A stretch of DNA of 19,972 nucleotides from Oligoflexales bacterium (GTDB taxonomy: Bacteria > Bdellovibrionota_B > Oligoflexia > Oligoflexales > RGVZ01): NCBI GenBank assembly GCA_044236265.1, contig JBIIGV010000050.1, forward strand, positions 1 to 19,972. The letters run 5' to 3'. This document shows positions 9,638 through 18,928 of the stretch, one piece after another. Below the pieces are notes generated by a model. The model was not told the origin of the DNA. It saw only the letters and a list, made by a program, of their open reading frames with translations, and ran no database searches. The stretch's first letter is position 1, and each line of letters starts with the position of its first letter. The translations under genes and the position numbers were made by a program.

Positions 9638-10578
9638 TCTTTTAGCTCTGTGATTTTAGCAGGCCTAAACCGCAAGTCTTGCAAAAGACCCTCGGACTCT
9701 TCCCGCCCAAAAATACTAAGTGCAAAGTCAACTGTTCCACTTGATGCGAGACCGACCACGGCGACAGCAAGCAACGATTTGAAGGTCTTCTGATGATCGC
9801 TGGATGTAAATGGATCGACTCCAAGAGCTGATCTTGCAAACATACTTGGACCTTGAGCATCATCATGGGTTGCGTTTGGAACGCTGATTTCTAGAATGTC
9901 GCCACCAGCGTGCTTCCAAAACTGATCTCTGCCCCTGGAAGTAAAAACAAGTTTATCAGCGCCCAGCAAAATAACGGGCAGATCTATATCTTCAATGTCC
10001 TTCAAAACAGTTTTATGAACGATGGCTGGATCAAGTAAAACTAAACCTAATACGGGAGCACCTTGACGCGCTGCAATCACAGAAGCACTGCCACCGAACG
10101 AATGGCCAACTAAAATCATCCGTGATGTATCAGCATTTCGACCAAGGATATCCGGTCGTCGGTAGATAAGCTCCGTCAATGCTTTTAAACGCGATCCATT
10201 ATCAATCCACTGATTACGATTAGGTAAATCACTAACTACGACATGAAAGCCCCATGACGCCAAATAGCGAGCCTGAGCATTATGAGCATCTCGGCTTGAA
10301 TAATTACCATGTGTTATAAAAATTACTGGGATTTTCTCGATAGTCTGTGGATAAAAGTGATCAATGACCAAGGTGTTACTAAAGTCGATCGCCAACTCCC
10401 GACCTCGTTTTTCGGAGACAGAAAACGGACCCTTGCCTCGAAAGCTTTTTAATCTCGGCTCCTTAAGTATCACGCGTGCATGCAGTTCATCCACTCCTAG
10501 GCGAGTATCCGAAATCCTCTGCGAAGAAACGCAGGAATTACTCAAGAGAATGGAAACCAGCAAAATTTTTGAAAGCAT
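9628..10578 (-). CDS. Exported (possibly lipid-anchored) alpha/beta-hydrolase, chlorophyllase/cutinase/dienelactone-hydrolase-like
   Basis: GHSFGG nucleophile elbow (10090-10107), FITHG, YLASWGFHVV, LLDPA, candidate acid in GAD and His in NATHDD. N-terminus MLSKILLVSILLSNSC. Start ATG 10578 or TTG 10587 (GGAG RBS) rather than 10677. Confidence 0.85.
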   Translation of the reverse strand: MLSKILLVSILLSNSCVSSQRISDTRLGVDELHARVILKEPRLKSFRGKGPFSVSEKRGRELAIDFSNTLVIDHFYPQTIEKIPVIFITHGNYSSRDAHNAQARYLASWGFHVVVSDLPNRNQWIDNGSRLKALTELIYRRPDILGRNADTSRMILVGHSFGGSASVIAARQGAPVLGLVLLDPAIVHKTVLKDIEDIDLPVILLGADKLVFTSRGRDQFWKHAGGDILEISVPNATHDDAQGPSMFARSALGVDPFTSSDHQKTFKSLLAVAVVGLASSGTVDFALSIFGREESEGLLQDLRFRPAKITELKDQI

Positions 10579-10678
10579 CTTTAACAAGTCATACTCCAGC
10601 CGGAAATCTGCTAAAATAATCGGTAAATTTCGCAAAAAATTGACAAAGACGCTCAACCGCAATCTGGAGCCAGGCATA

Positions 10679-11239
10679 ATGCGACGACATCACTTGTTTT
10701 TTTTAAATTTTTTGGTGTCTCTCCAAATTTTGGGATGTAAAAGCCTTTATGACTTCAAAAACTACTCCAAGTCTTCCGTCAAAGGAAACATCTCAGGCGC
10801 GGAATGGACTTATGCCTATGCATATACAAATCCCGAGGCTCAACTTGCTGAAGGTCAAGAAATTATGATTGTTTTAGTGACTGCTAAACCTAAAAATGCA
10901 TGTCCTGACGTCAATGATAAACTCCCTGACCCCAGAGAGGTGGCCATTGCCATCGACGGCAAAACCGGAGAAATGAAAATTGGAGCTGCTTCAGATCGTC
11001 TCGAAACCAGTGACGACATGTTTACTTATAGAAAGGTGGAGCGCCAAGCGTCTGTAGCCTTTTTTGATCCTTCAAAGCCTAAAGATGAGCAGTATAAATT
11101 TGCAACGTCAGGAAAGGTCAAAATTACTAAAATCAGCAAAGAAACGATTGAAGGTGCGATTCTGGCAAAGATCAATCGTTCGATTTTTGTAAACGGACGC
11201 TTTAAAGCAAAAGTTTGTAAATACGGACAGCTGAATTAG
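10679..11239 (+). CDS. Hypothetical beta-rich lipoprotein (186 aa)
   Basis: GGAG RBS then MRRHHLFFLNFLVSLQILG-C signal/lipobox; two further Cys; beta-strand pattern TSGKVKITKISKETIEG...VNGRFKAKVC. Upstream part of the listed ORF (10364-10678) largely overlaps the hydrolase antisense and is excluded. Confidence 0.8.
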   Translation: MRRHHLFFLNFLVSLQILGCKSLYDFKNYSKSSVKGNISGAEWTYAYAYTNPEAQLAEGQEIMIVLVTAKPKNACPDVNDKLPDPREVAIAIDGKTGEMKIGAASDRLETSDDMFTYRKVERQASVAFFDPSKPKDEQYKFATSGKVKITKISKETIEGAILAKINRSIFVNGRFKAKVCKYGQLN

Positions 11240-11520
11240 TCGCAGATTTCATGCTCTATTTTACGTGGCGCATCCTGCCATGGCCGGTATGCCCATGCCT
11301 CTGATAGCGGTAATAGCAAAAGAAGACCACCAAGTGCAGAAGCCAAAAGCTCAATATTGATTGGATTAGCACGATGAGACTGCAATGAATTCCAGGCAAT
11401 CGCTGATGTGATAAGCGCCACAGCCAAAAATGTCGCCGCAACGTTTATGAAACGCTGCTTTGAATTAACTAGCAATGTAACGGCTTTTGCAGATACCGCA
11501 CTGTCAACTTGCTTTGCCAT
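11236..11520 (-). CDS. Small hypothetical membrane protein (2 TM)
   Basis: AGGAG RBS; two hydrophobic segments (FINVAATFLAVALITSAIAW; LLASALGGLLLLLPL). Confidence 0.75.
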   Translation of the reverse strand: MAKQVDSAVSAKAVTLLVNSKQRFINVAATFLAVALITSAIAWNSLQSHRANPINIELLASALGGLLLLLPLSEAWAYRPWQDAPRKIEHEICD

Positions 11521-11546
11521 CTTTTACTCCTAACAATTGAGTCGTC

Positions 11547-11900
11547 CTACTTTTTTGTTTCTTGCGATTTTTGACTAGTAAACTCAAGAGCACTCGACTC
11601 ACGGCGAACGCCCCATCGAAGCCCTGCGATAATCGCAGTCATGGCACCAACAATGATCAAATTCCAAATCGAAATCTGCGACATGGCGACCAGACCCGTA
11701 GCCGCGTACATGCATACCCCGATCGCCATCAATGTGATTGAATAGGTTAAATGTGCGAGATCATCTCGACGATCCACACCTTTGAGGCTAATTAATAAAA
11801 TCAACAACCAGAAGGCACAGAAAATCAAAGACCAAGGAGGGAAAGGTATAACCCCATCCCACCACTCTCGTAGACTACCGTAAAATAGACTGGTCGACAT
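11547..11900 (-). CDS. Small hypothetical membrane protein (3 TM)
   Basis: Three hydrophobic segments; GAAGGGGG RBS before ATG 11900 (alternative TTG 11909); 26 bp from the next co-oriented gene. Confidence 0.7.
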   Translation of the reverse strand: MSTSLFYGSLREWWDGVIPFPPWSLIFCAFWLLILLISLKGVDRRDDLAHLTYSITLMAIGVCMYAATGLVAMSQISIWNLIIVGAMTAIIAGLRWGVRRESSALEFTSQKSQETKK

Positions 11901-11965
11901 ACGGCCCAATCCCCCTTCGCAGTCTTAAAGATCGGCAGTTAAACCTCCGACTTAACAGGCAATAC

Positions 11966-11994
11966 TTGCCCAATAGGGACTCCTAGGTTAACAT
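11966..11994 (+). promoter_or_regulatory. Candidate sigma70 promoter TTGCCC-17-TAACAT
   Basis: Spacing counted directly; 30 bp before ATG 12025; the -35 overlaps palindrome GGCAA-TAC-TTGCC (11958-11970). Confidence 0.35.
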
Positions 11995-12024
11995 TAGGAT
12001 TCTTCCCCCGAAGTGGAGACAAAC

Positions 12025-13089
12025 ATGCCGACCAAGGTCCTGTCATTTTTGGCTATTGTGATGATCCTTGCCACAATTGAGACTGCGCCAGCAGCAAGCC
12101 GGTCAGCAGAGGCTCGGTCGGTAAATAAAAACAATCGTCTAACCAATGAGCCATCAGGTGTGATCTCCTTTGACAAACCAGTTATCGACTTTGGCGTGGT
12201 TAAAAGAGGACAAAAATTACCTGCAAAATTTCCGTTCAAAAATATCGGAAAAGGAACGTTATCCATTCAAGGAGTACAGGCGTCTTGCAACTGCGCGACA
12301 GTGGACGCCGCGAAAGGCAAAGCATTTGCGCCGGGAGAAAGCGGTCTAATTGAAGTTTTGTTTGATACTACCGACTATTCCGGAAAAGTCTCAAAAGCAA
12401 TAACAGTCATCACAAATGAACGATCAATGCCAGATCGCACCTTGACAATCACCGCTCTGGTAAATAGCGAGCTCGACGCAACACCGCCATTAGTAGACTT
12501 CGGCGACGTCGTGCTCAATCAGACCCCGCAACAGACTATTAGACTCAAAAATAATATGAAAACAGAGCTTAAAATTGAGCGTATACGCTTCAATGAAGAG
12601 TTTCTTGATGTTGGCTATACAAAAGATGGACGTGAGTTTGCCATTTACGTGAAATTGAAGCCGACGGCACCAATTGGTTTTTTCAAAGACACAATATGGG
12701 TAAAAAATAATTCTGCATCGCTCCCCGAGATGCCGATTCCAGTTCGCGCGTCAATTCGCGGTCAGATCTCTGCGAGTCCGGCCTACATTGAGTTTGGATC
12801 AGTGTCCGCGAATGAGACAGCTGCCAGACAAATAGCGCTTCGAGCCACTAAAGAGTTTGAGATTACGGATAACTCTGTTGAATTGAATGTCAACGGCAGC
12901 AAAGCCGATGATGGTCAGAAGCTCATGAAGATCAGTGTGCTGCAGGTAGATAAGACCGGCAAAAACATATCACTCGAACTAAAAAATCCAGGAAACAAAT
13001 CCGGAAGCGTTCACGGTAAAATCACCCTACAGACCAACAATCCCCAGCAGAAGAACTTAGTAGTGGACTTTTACGCTTTCTTCCGCTGA
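12025..13089 (+). CDS. Exported DUF1573-domain protein with about three tandem Ig-like (ASH/PapD-like) domains
   Basis: Signal peptide; FPFKNIGKGTLSIQGVQASCNCAT matches the DUF1573 pattern; repeated domain starts IDFGVV, VDFGDV, IEFGSV. Start ATG 12025 after GGAG. Confidence 0.85.
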   Translation: MPTKVLSFLAIVMILATIETAPAASRSAEARSVNKNNRLTNEPSGVISFDKPVIDFGVVKRGQKLPAKFPFKNIGKGTLSIQGVQASCNCATVDAAKGKAFAPGESGLIEVLFDTTDYSGKVSKAITVITNERSMPDRTLTITALVNSELDATPPLVDFGDVVLNQTPQQTIRLKNNMKTELKIERIRFNEEFLDVGYTKDGREFAIYVKLKPTAPIGFFKDTIWVKNNSASLPEMPIPVRASIRGQISASPAYIEFGSVSANETAARQIALRATKEFEITDNSVELNVNGSKADDGQKLMKISVLQVDKTGKNISLELKNPGNKSGSVHGKITLQTNNPQQKNLVVDFYAFFR

Positions 13090-13090
13090 T

Positions 13091-14518
13091 TCAGTGTACC
13101 AGCTCACCAACCAAAGCCATCTTATTTCCTCCCATAATTTTAACTGGGAGAGTCTTGCCGGTAAGGTCAGCAGAACTTTGAACGCGCACAACCCTATACT
13201 CCGGCGTTTTACCTATCCAAACTCCGGGCTCTTTTTTACTACTGTAAACAAAGAGTACATGTTTAACCGATCCAACATCAGCCAAAGCAAGTTCCAGGGT
13301 AATCTTATCCTGAAGCTGATTTAACGCGGCAAGCCGGCGCTCTTTGACATCCTCAGGTATCTGATCCAAAAATCTGGTCGCAGCAGTACCCTTACGCGGT
13401 GAGTATTTGAACGAGTAGATAAAGCTAAAACGCACAGCTTCTACAAGCCTCAATGTCCCTTCAAATTCTTCCTCGGTTTCACCGGGAAAGCCCACAATTA
13501 GGTCAGTGCTTATCGCAATTCCAGGGACAGCGTCTCGTAGCCATTTAATGCGCTGCATATATTCTTCGACAGTCACCTTGCGTTTCATTCTTTCAAGAGT
13601 TCTATCGTGTCCAGCTTGAACAGGAAGATGGATGTATCGTCCAAGCTTAGTATGACTCGAAAATAGCTCGGCCAATGGCTTGGTAAAGTCATGAGGATTT
13701 GATGTCGTAAAACGAACCCGATCTACACCCGGCAAATCAGACACCGCCTTAAGAAGCTCAACAAAAGGACCACCATCAGCCGGTACATCATCACGACCCA
13801 ACAGGTCTAGACCGTAACTATTCACGTTCTGTCCAAGCAATGTGATTTCCTTGGCTCCTTGCGAAACCATGTATTCAACTTCTTTGACTATCTCTGGAAT
13901 TGGCCTGCTGATCTCACGGCCGCGGGTAAACGGGACAACACAAAACGTACAGAAGTTATTGCAGCCTTGGATAATATTCACGAAGCGATTCACTTCTGGT
14001 TTACCGGAAATTGATGGAATATGGATCATCGGCTCATCACTAATAGGCGAATGCTCCGCCCCCCGATCACCATGCTCATCTTTATGACGATCAAAGCCTG
14101 TCGCGACTGCAGACACCCCGGTCTGCTCACGTTCCTCAAGAAGACGCGGCAACTCATCAATTTTCCCCGGTCCAATAAGAACATCGATCTGCGGAGCCAG
14201 CTCAATCAATTTTTTACCGTCAGCCTGAGCCACACAGCCAGTAACCGCAATTTTTAAACCTGGTTTTTTTGACTTGATGCGATCAAGAACTCCCAGACGA
14301 CTGAGAACCTTGTGTCTTGCTTTCTCCCGAATGTGGCAAGTATTTAAAAGGATCAAATCTGCTGCTTCCGGGCCTGAAGCCGTCAGCTCATAATTGTTTG
14401 CCTCCAGAAGAGAGAGCATACGCTCACTATCCGCCACATTCATCTGGCAGCCCCAAGTCTCAATGTGAACTTTACGCCTATGTACCACATTGTCAGCTTT
14501 TGTCGGCTCTACATTCAT
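13091..14518 (-). CDS. miaB: tRNA-2-methylthio-N6-dimethylallyladenosine synthase (radical SAM methylthiotransferase)
   Basis: UPF0004 cysteines (TWGCQMN, NTCHIREKA, GCVAQ), CNNFCTFC radical SAM motif, LLGQNVNSYG, IVGFPGET, YSPRKGT, C-terminal TRAM domain. Confidence 0.96.
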   Translation of the reverse strand: MNVEPTKADNVVHRRKVHIETWGCQMNVADSERMLSLLEANNYELTASGPEAADLILLNTCHIREKARHKVLSRLGVLDRIKSKKPGLKIAVTGCVAQADGKKLIELAPQIDVLIGPGKIDELPRLLEEREQTGVSAVATGFDRHKDEHGDRGAEHSPISDEPMIHIPSISGKPEVNRFVNIIQGCNNFCTFCVVPFTRGREISRPIPEIVKEVEYMVSQGAKEITLLGQNVNSYGLDLLGRDDVPADGGPFVELLKAVSDLPGVDRVRFTTSNPHDFTKPLAELFSSHTKLGRYIHLPVQAGHDRTLERMKRKVTVEEYMQRIKWLRDAVPGIAISTDLIVGFPGETEEEFEGTLRLVEAVRFSFIYSFKYSPRKGTAATRFLDQIPEDVKERRLAALNQLQDKITLELALADVGSVKHVLFVYSSKKEPGVWIGKTPEYRVVRVQSSADLTGKTLPVKIMGGNKMALVGELVH

Positions 14519-14536
14519 AAACTTCGTCCCAAATAA

Positions 14537-16081
14537 TTATCGGCGATTTTTCTTGCGAGCGTCTTTGGCGGCCTTGCGCATTTTCTTTAACTTTTCACGA
14601 TCAACTTTCTTGGGAGTCGCCGCGCCCAGACCACCACCAAAAAGATCACCCATTCCACCCATTCCACCAGGTAATCCACCCTGGCCCATCATGTTTTGGG
14701 CCATTTTCCGCATATTATTGAGCTGGCCTAGGCCACCCATTCCTGGAATTTTACCAAGCATGCCACCAAAACCTTTGCCCATCATCCCCATCATTTGCCG
14801 CATGGCTTTGAAACGCTTAATCACATCATGAACGTCATTGGGCTTTGTTCCGCTGCCTTTGGCAATTCGACGAATGCGGTTATCATTGAAAACTGCTGGA
14901 TTTACTCGCTCTTGCTCAGTCATGGAGTCAATCATGGCCTTAACCTTAACAAGCTCACGATCATCCAAATTAGCTTCCTTGGGCAGCATGCCCTGCATCG
15001 GCAGCTTTGCCATAATATCTTTCAAAGAGCCCATCTGCTGAATCATGGACAGCTGATTGTAAAAATCTTTGAAATTAAACTGCCCTTCGAGCATTTTGAG
15101 CATCTCGGCTTCTTTGTCGCCTGTGTGAACACGCTCAAAGTCCTCCATGAGGCCAATGACATCGCCCATGCCTAAAATTCGGCTGGCAAGACCCTCTGGT
15201 CTAAACTCCTCAAGGCGCGCGAGATCTTCTCCCATACCGAGAAATTTCAGAGGCTTTCCCGTCACGCGTCGAATACTAAGCGCCGCGCCACCTCGGGTAT
15301 CACCATCGAGTTTCGTCATGACGACGCCTGAGATATCCAAGCGATCATTGAATGATTTGGCAGTTGTTACTGCATCCTGGCCCATCATCGCATCACAGAC
15401 AAAGAAGATGTTGTCGGGTTTTGCCAGAGCCTTAATATCGTCAAGCTCCTGCATCAACTCACTATCAATTGTAAGTCGACCAGCTGTATCCAACAGCACG
15501 ACATCACAGCCGAGCTCAAACGCTTTTTGAATGGATTTTTCGCAAATTTCTTGGGGTTTAGCGCCGTCGACATGGAAAACAGGAATGTCCAGCTTTCGAC
15601 CAAGGACTCTCAATTGTTCAACGGCCGCTGGACGATAGACGTCAGCTGCAACCAATAAGGGCTTTCGCTTAAACTTTGTCATCAAATAGTTTGCAAGCTT
15701 ACCAGTTGTCGTCGTCTTACCACTTCCTTGTAAGCCCACCATCATAATGGTTGTGGGACGATTGACGGCAAAACGAATAGAAGCGTCGGGTTCACCCATC
15801 AGAGCTTCGAGCTCTTTTTTACATATCTGTACGAAATGATCGGCAGGTGTGACGCGAACCCGTTCAGATCCTGATCCAGCGCGAACTTGAACAGTCTGAC
15901 CCAACGCTTCAGACTTCACTTTGCTCAAGAAGTCTTTGGCGACCCCATACTCGACATCGGCTTCAAGGAGACTCTTACGAATCTCTCCTATTGCCTCATT
16001 AATGTTTTCTTCCGTCAGAGTTGCTTTGCCAGTGAACTTTTCGCGAGCAACACGAAAGCCATCACTCAAAATATCAAGCAT
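14537..16081 (-). CDS. ffh: Signal recognition particle protein Ffh
   Basis: LLEADV, GLQGSGKTTT, DVYRPAA, DTAGR, TKLDGDTRGGAALS, RILGMGD, M domain (IDSMT, RIRRIAKGSG); AAGGAG RBS. Confidence 0.97.
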   Translation of the reverse strand: MLDILSDGFRVAREKFTGKATLTEENINEAIGEIRKSLLEADVEYGVAKDFLSKVKSEALGQTVQVRAGSGSERVRVTPADHFVQICKKELEALMGEPDASIRFAVNRPTTIMMVGLQGSGKTTTTGKLANYLMTKFKRKPLLVAADVYRPAAVEQLRVLGRKLDIPVFHVDGAKPQEICEKSIQKAFELGCDVVLLDTAGRLTIDSELMQELDDIKALAKPDNIFFVCDAMMGQDAVTTAKSFNDRLDISGVVMTKLDGDTRGGAALSIRRVTGKPLKFLGMGEDLARLEEFRPEGLASRILGMGDVIGLMEDFERVHTGDKEAEMLKMLEGQFNFKDFYNQLSMIQQMGSLKDIMAKLPMQGMLPKEANLDDRELVKVKAMIDSMTEQERVNPAVFNDNRIRRIAKGSGTKPNDVHDVIKRFKAMRQMMGMMGKGFGGMLGKIPGMGGLGQLNNMRKMAQNMMGQGGLPGGMGGMGDLFGGGLGAATPKKVDREKLKKMRKAAKDARKKNRR

Positions 16082-16156
16082 TCAAGGCTCCTTTAGTTCA
16101 GCCAGACTATGCCACTTAAAAATCTCAAAAATCCCAGTAATGTCCGAGATTAGGAC

Positions 16157-16185
16157 CGTATAATGGGATTCGTTTGTAACGTCAA
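16157..16185 (-). promoter_or_regulatory. Candidate sigma70 promoter for ffh-miaB (TTGACG-17-TATACG)
   Basis: Spacing counted on the minus strand; the -10 lacks the conserved last T. Confidence 0.3.
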
Positions 16186-16229
16186 TAAAAAGGGTCAAAA
16201 GGGGGTCGTTATGCGAGTCCTAGAGCTCA

Positions 16230-17333
16230 CTAAAATCCTGAATTTAACACCTTAAAAAACAGCCCAGATGCGTCAGCCAGGATTTTATGGCGCCATCGGC
16301 TATCTTGCGGAAAAAAAAGATTTTTAAGGTGCTTCGACGCCTTGGAATCAGGTCCAATTTTACCCCTTAGCCAAGCGCGACGCTCAGATCTCAAGCCACG
16401 TAACACTTTAAAATCATTATAGGTGCCAAATTCCTGTAAAATATAGCGAACTTTCGCCTTTGGAAAGGCCTGGTAAATCAGGTCTGAAAAGCTACCAAAA
16501 GACCTATAGGTCGAGCGGCCCTCGATCTCGTCCAAGGTCAGCTTCACGTTCAGTTGCTGCTGCATCAGCTGAAGATCGCCTTGTTCCGCGACTTCCGTAG
16601 AAAAAAGTGCCTCAAACCCATAGGGCCCAAGTCCCGTGTGAATGTCGACGGTGAACACTCGTTGAACATCAGAAAAATTTTGCTCAAAGAAATTTTTGAG
16701 TCGTGACAACTCCGGCTGCCATTTATCTCCGCCATAGAAAAAACCATCGGGATAATGATACTGGCCACCTGAAAGCCCTTGCATCAAAAATTCCTTTCCT
16801 CGCCGAATGGTCATTGCCGCTAAACGCAACCACCAAAGCCAGCGGCGCCAGGACTCGTCGGTTAGGATCTGATGTATCTCGTGGTAGGCCCTATCATCAG
16901 GTAAATTGTCTCGGGTTAGAAACGCATTACGATTTAAATCAACATTATTTGCATTGTTTCGTCGAAGCCAACTCATGCCATAAGCGTTAACGGTATGAAC
17001 GAACACGACACGAATACGCGGTAATGCGTCAATGCGCCCCGACTTTTTTAGTGCAGAGAGCTCCCTAAGAATTCGCAGCTGAGCTGCACTCCCAGCAAAG
17101 CCCTCCACTCCATGCACACCCGACACATGTAAAAAAAGATCAGATGGAGAGTTTTTAGACGAATGTCCCAGCAAAACTGTCCCAATACCGATTGAGAGAC
17201 TTTCACCGCCTGGACCTTTTTGTCCAAGGTCTATGCTTTGAAACTCGCCACCAATTTCGCCAATACTTAATATGAAAGCTTTGCGTGCGTCCGACCATGA
17301 GTCAAAACACACGCAACCCGTCTTTTCATTCAT
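16230..17333 (-). CDS. M14-family zinc metallopeptidase (DUF2817-like)
   Basis: SGVHGVEG (HxxE), RRNNANNVDLNRN, DIHTGLG (third Zn ligand), QEFGT (catalytic Glu), GQY-YPDGFFYGG. Start ATG 17333, or GTG 17351 overlapping the upstream stop. Confidence 0.9.
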   Translation of the reverse strand: MNEKTGCVCFDSWSDARKAFILSIGEIGGEFQSIDLGQKGPGGESLSIGIGTVLLGHSSKNSPSDLFLHVSGVHGVEGFAGSAAQLRILRELSALKKSGRIDALPRIRVVFVHTVNAYGMSWLRRNNANNVDLNRNAFLTRDNLPDDRAYHEIHQILTDESWRRWLWWLRLAAMTIRRGKEFLMQGLSGGQYHYPDGFFYGGDKWQPELSRLKNFFEQNFSDVQRVFTVDIHTGLGPYGFEALFSTEVAEQGDLQLMQQQLNVKLTLDEIEGRSTYRSFGSFSDLIYQAFPKAKVRYILQEFGTYNDFKVLRGLRSERRAWLRGKIGPDSKASKHLKNLFFPQDSRWRHKILADASGLFFKVLNSGF

Positions 17334-17347
17334 CAGAAAAAACCTTC

Positions 17348-18928
17348 TCACCACTGCTTAATGGAGAGATTACGCGACGACCCCCACGCGATCTCACCCG
17401 AAGTTGTAGGCGTGTTTTCCTCATCTACATCTTCAGAGTCAAGCGGATTCGGAGGTAGAACATGAACTTTGTATTGATATTTTCCATGAGGCAAACGAAG
17501 AAGCTTGGATTGGCCATTGTCTAACACAAACTCAGTCTCTGAACTAAGTGACTGCTGCAAATACCGCGACAAGGACGCCACTTCCTTATTCTCACCATCT
17601 TCGTGCTCATAAATAAAACCACACTCAAAATTGAATCCCTCACCCGTGAGTTTCATACCATCTGCGATTCTCATCAGGCCCCAAGATTCAGCAAACAACG
17701 GATGCCAACACATGTCGGAACGCGCTGCAGCAACAATGGGTGCGACTGCAACCTGTTTAGGCTTCACATCAGTTTGCCTGTGCCCCTTTTTTCGAGCCAC
17801 TCGTCGCGCTAGACGCTTTGGCTGATCATCACGGTCTGAGCGACCAAGATATTTTCGCGCCTCTGCAACCAGGCGGTCAGAAACCTCATTATCTGGGGAG
17901 ATCGTGACGCGAAGAGGCTGACGTGAAGTATCTTCAGCACGTCCAGGAATGACATCCGAGGGAATCTTCACACTTAATACGCCAACACGACTGATTCCCT
18001 CATAGAGCTCACGCAACATCGCTAATTCCTGGGTACCTTTAGCCAATCCGTATAATGCAGCCTGACGTCGCAAATCACCTTGACCTGAGCACAAAGCATT
18101 CTGCCATCGCCGAGAGGTCATCACTACTGGAAGCTCTTCGGGAAGACTGAACTGGAGGATCTTGCAAAACTTTGCGAAGCCTTCATCGTTCGACATGTAG
18201 GTCGCCGTTTTTGCAAGCGTGGCGACGACTCCGGTACGTCTCGCTAAAATATAGGGCTGTCTGCTCCATTTCCTGATCATTGATTTTTGAAAATCTTCCG
18301 TTTTAACAAGCGCTGGCTGGGGAAGTAAGGAATCCAATGTACACTTTGCTGTTTGTCCCACGACTTCAATAGCCTTGCAGTCCGGGATCATCTTCACCAG
18401 CACATCTTTTACAACAGCGCGAAGAGGAGCTAATGATTCTTCACTTACAACTAAAAAATTACCCCGATAACCTCGCATGCTCTCGCATGCCGTTTGTTTG
18501 ATTTCTTGAGGCATTACGAAGCCTGTGACTTTAGATTCGGAGTCTTCAATAGTGACAACAGAAATGTGACCAGAGTCCTCTTCGAGGACCATGTCATATC
18601 CGACACCCAAAACATTAAGGGTTGTTCGGAATGAAAACTTCTGATCAATGCAAGATCGCGCATTCATCAGCACAAAAGCAGAAGTAGATGGATTATTTGA
18701 GGAGCGGATCTCGATCCAATTTTCTTTGACTGGGTCAACAATTGATATCAATCTGGATTTTTTTTCAGCTTCTGGAGACGTTGACTCGCGCGTCACCATC
18801 CCAGGATCAGTGGAATTAGGCATATGACTCGAGCATGATGCTCCGGTCATCAACATGAATACTAGAAATGGAGAAATAGAATTCTTAGCGGCGCTCAATC
18901 TTTTGAACGGCGAAAATGACTTTCTCAT
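17348..18928 (-). CDS. Hypothetical Cys-rich lipoprotein (526 aa)
   Basis: GGAGG RBS before ATG 18928; basic N-region, hydrophobic core, GAS-C lipobox (Cys32); eight further Cys; basic patch RLARRVARKKGHR. Confidence 0.8.
   Translation of the reverse strand: MRKSFSPFKRLSAAKNSISPFLVFMLMTGASCSSHMPNSTDPGMVTRESTSPEAEKKSRLISIVDPVKENWIEIRSSNNPSTSAFVLMNARSCIDQKFSFRTTLNVLGVGYDMVLEEDSGHISVVTIEDSESKVTGFVMPQEIKQTACESMRGYRGNFLVVSEESLAPLRAVVKDVLVKMIPDCKAIEVVGQTAKCTLDSLLPQPALVKTEDFQKSMIRKWSRQPYILARRTGVVATLAKTATYMSNDEGFAKFCKILQFSLPEELPVVMTSRRWQNALCSGQGDLRRQAALYGLAKGTQELAMLRELYEGISRVGVLSVKIPSDVIPGRAEDTSRQPLRVTISPDNEVSDRLVAEARKYLGRSDRDDQPKRLARRVARKKGHRQTDVKPKQVAVAPIVAAARSDMCWHPLFAESWGLMRIADGMKLTGEGFNFECGFIYEHEDGENKEVASLSRYLQQSLSSETEFVLDNGQSKLLRLPHGKYQYKVHVLPPNPLDSEDVDEENTPTTSGEIAWGSSRNLSIKQW

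Noticed and set aside
10364..10678. Long mutual overlap of the 349-aa and 291-aa ORFs
   Set aside because: Both have better internal starts with signal peptides and RBSs (10578/10587 and 10679), which removes the overlap.
14620..14800. Repeat-like CCACCC/CCCAT runs
   Set aside because: Explained by the Gly/Met-rich Ffh tail; not a DNA repeat array.
16100..16114. Sigma54-like TGGCATAGTCTGGCT upstream of ffh (minus strand)
   Set aside because: GG-to-GC spacing is 9 rather than the required 10.
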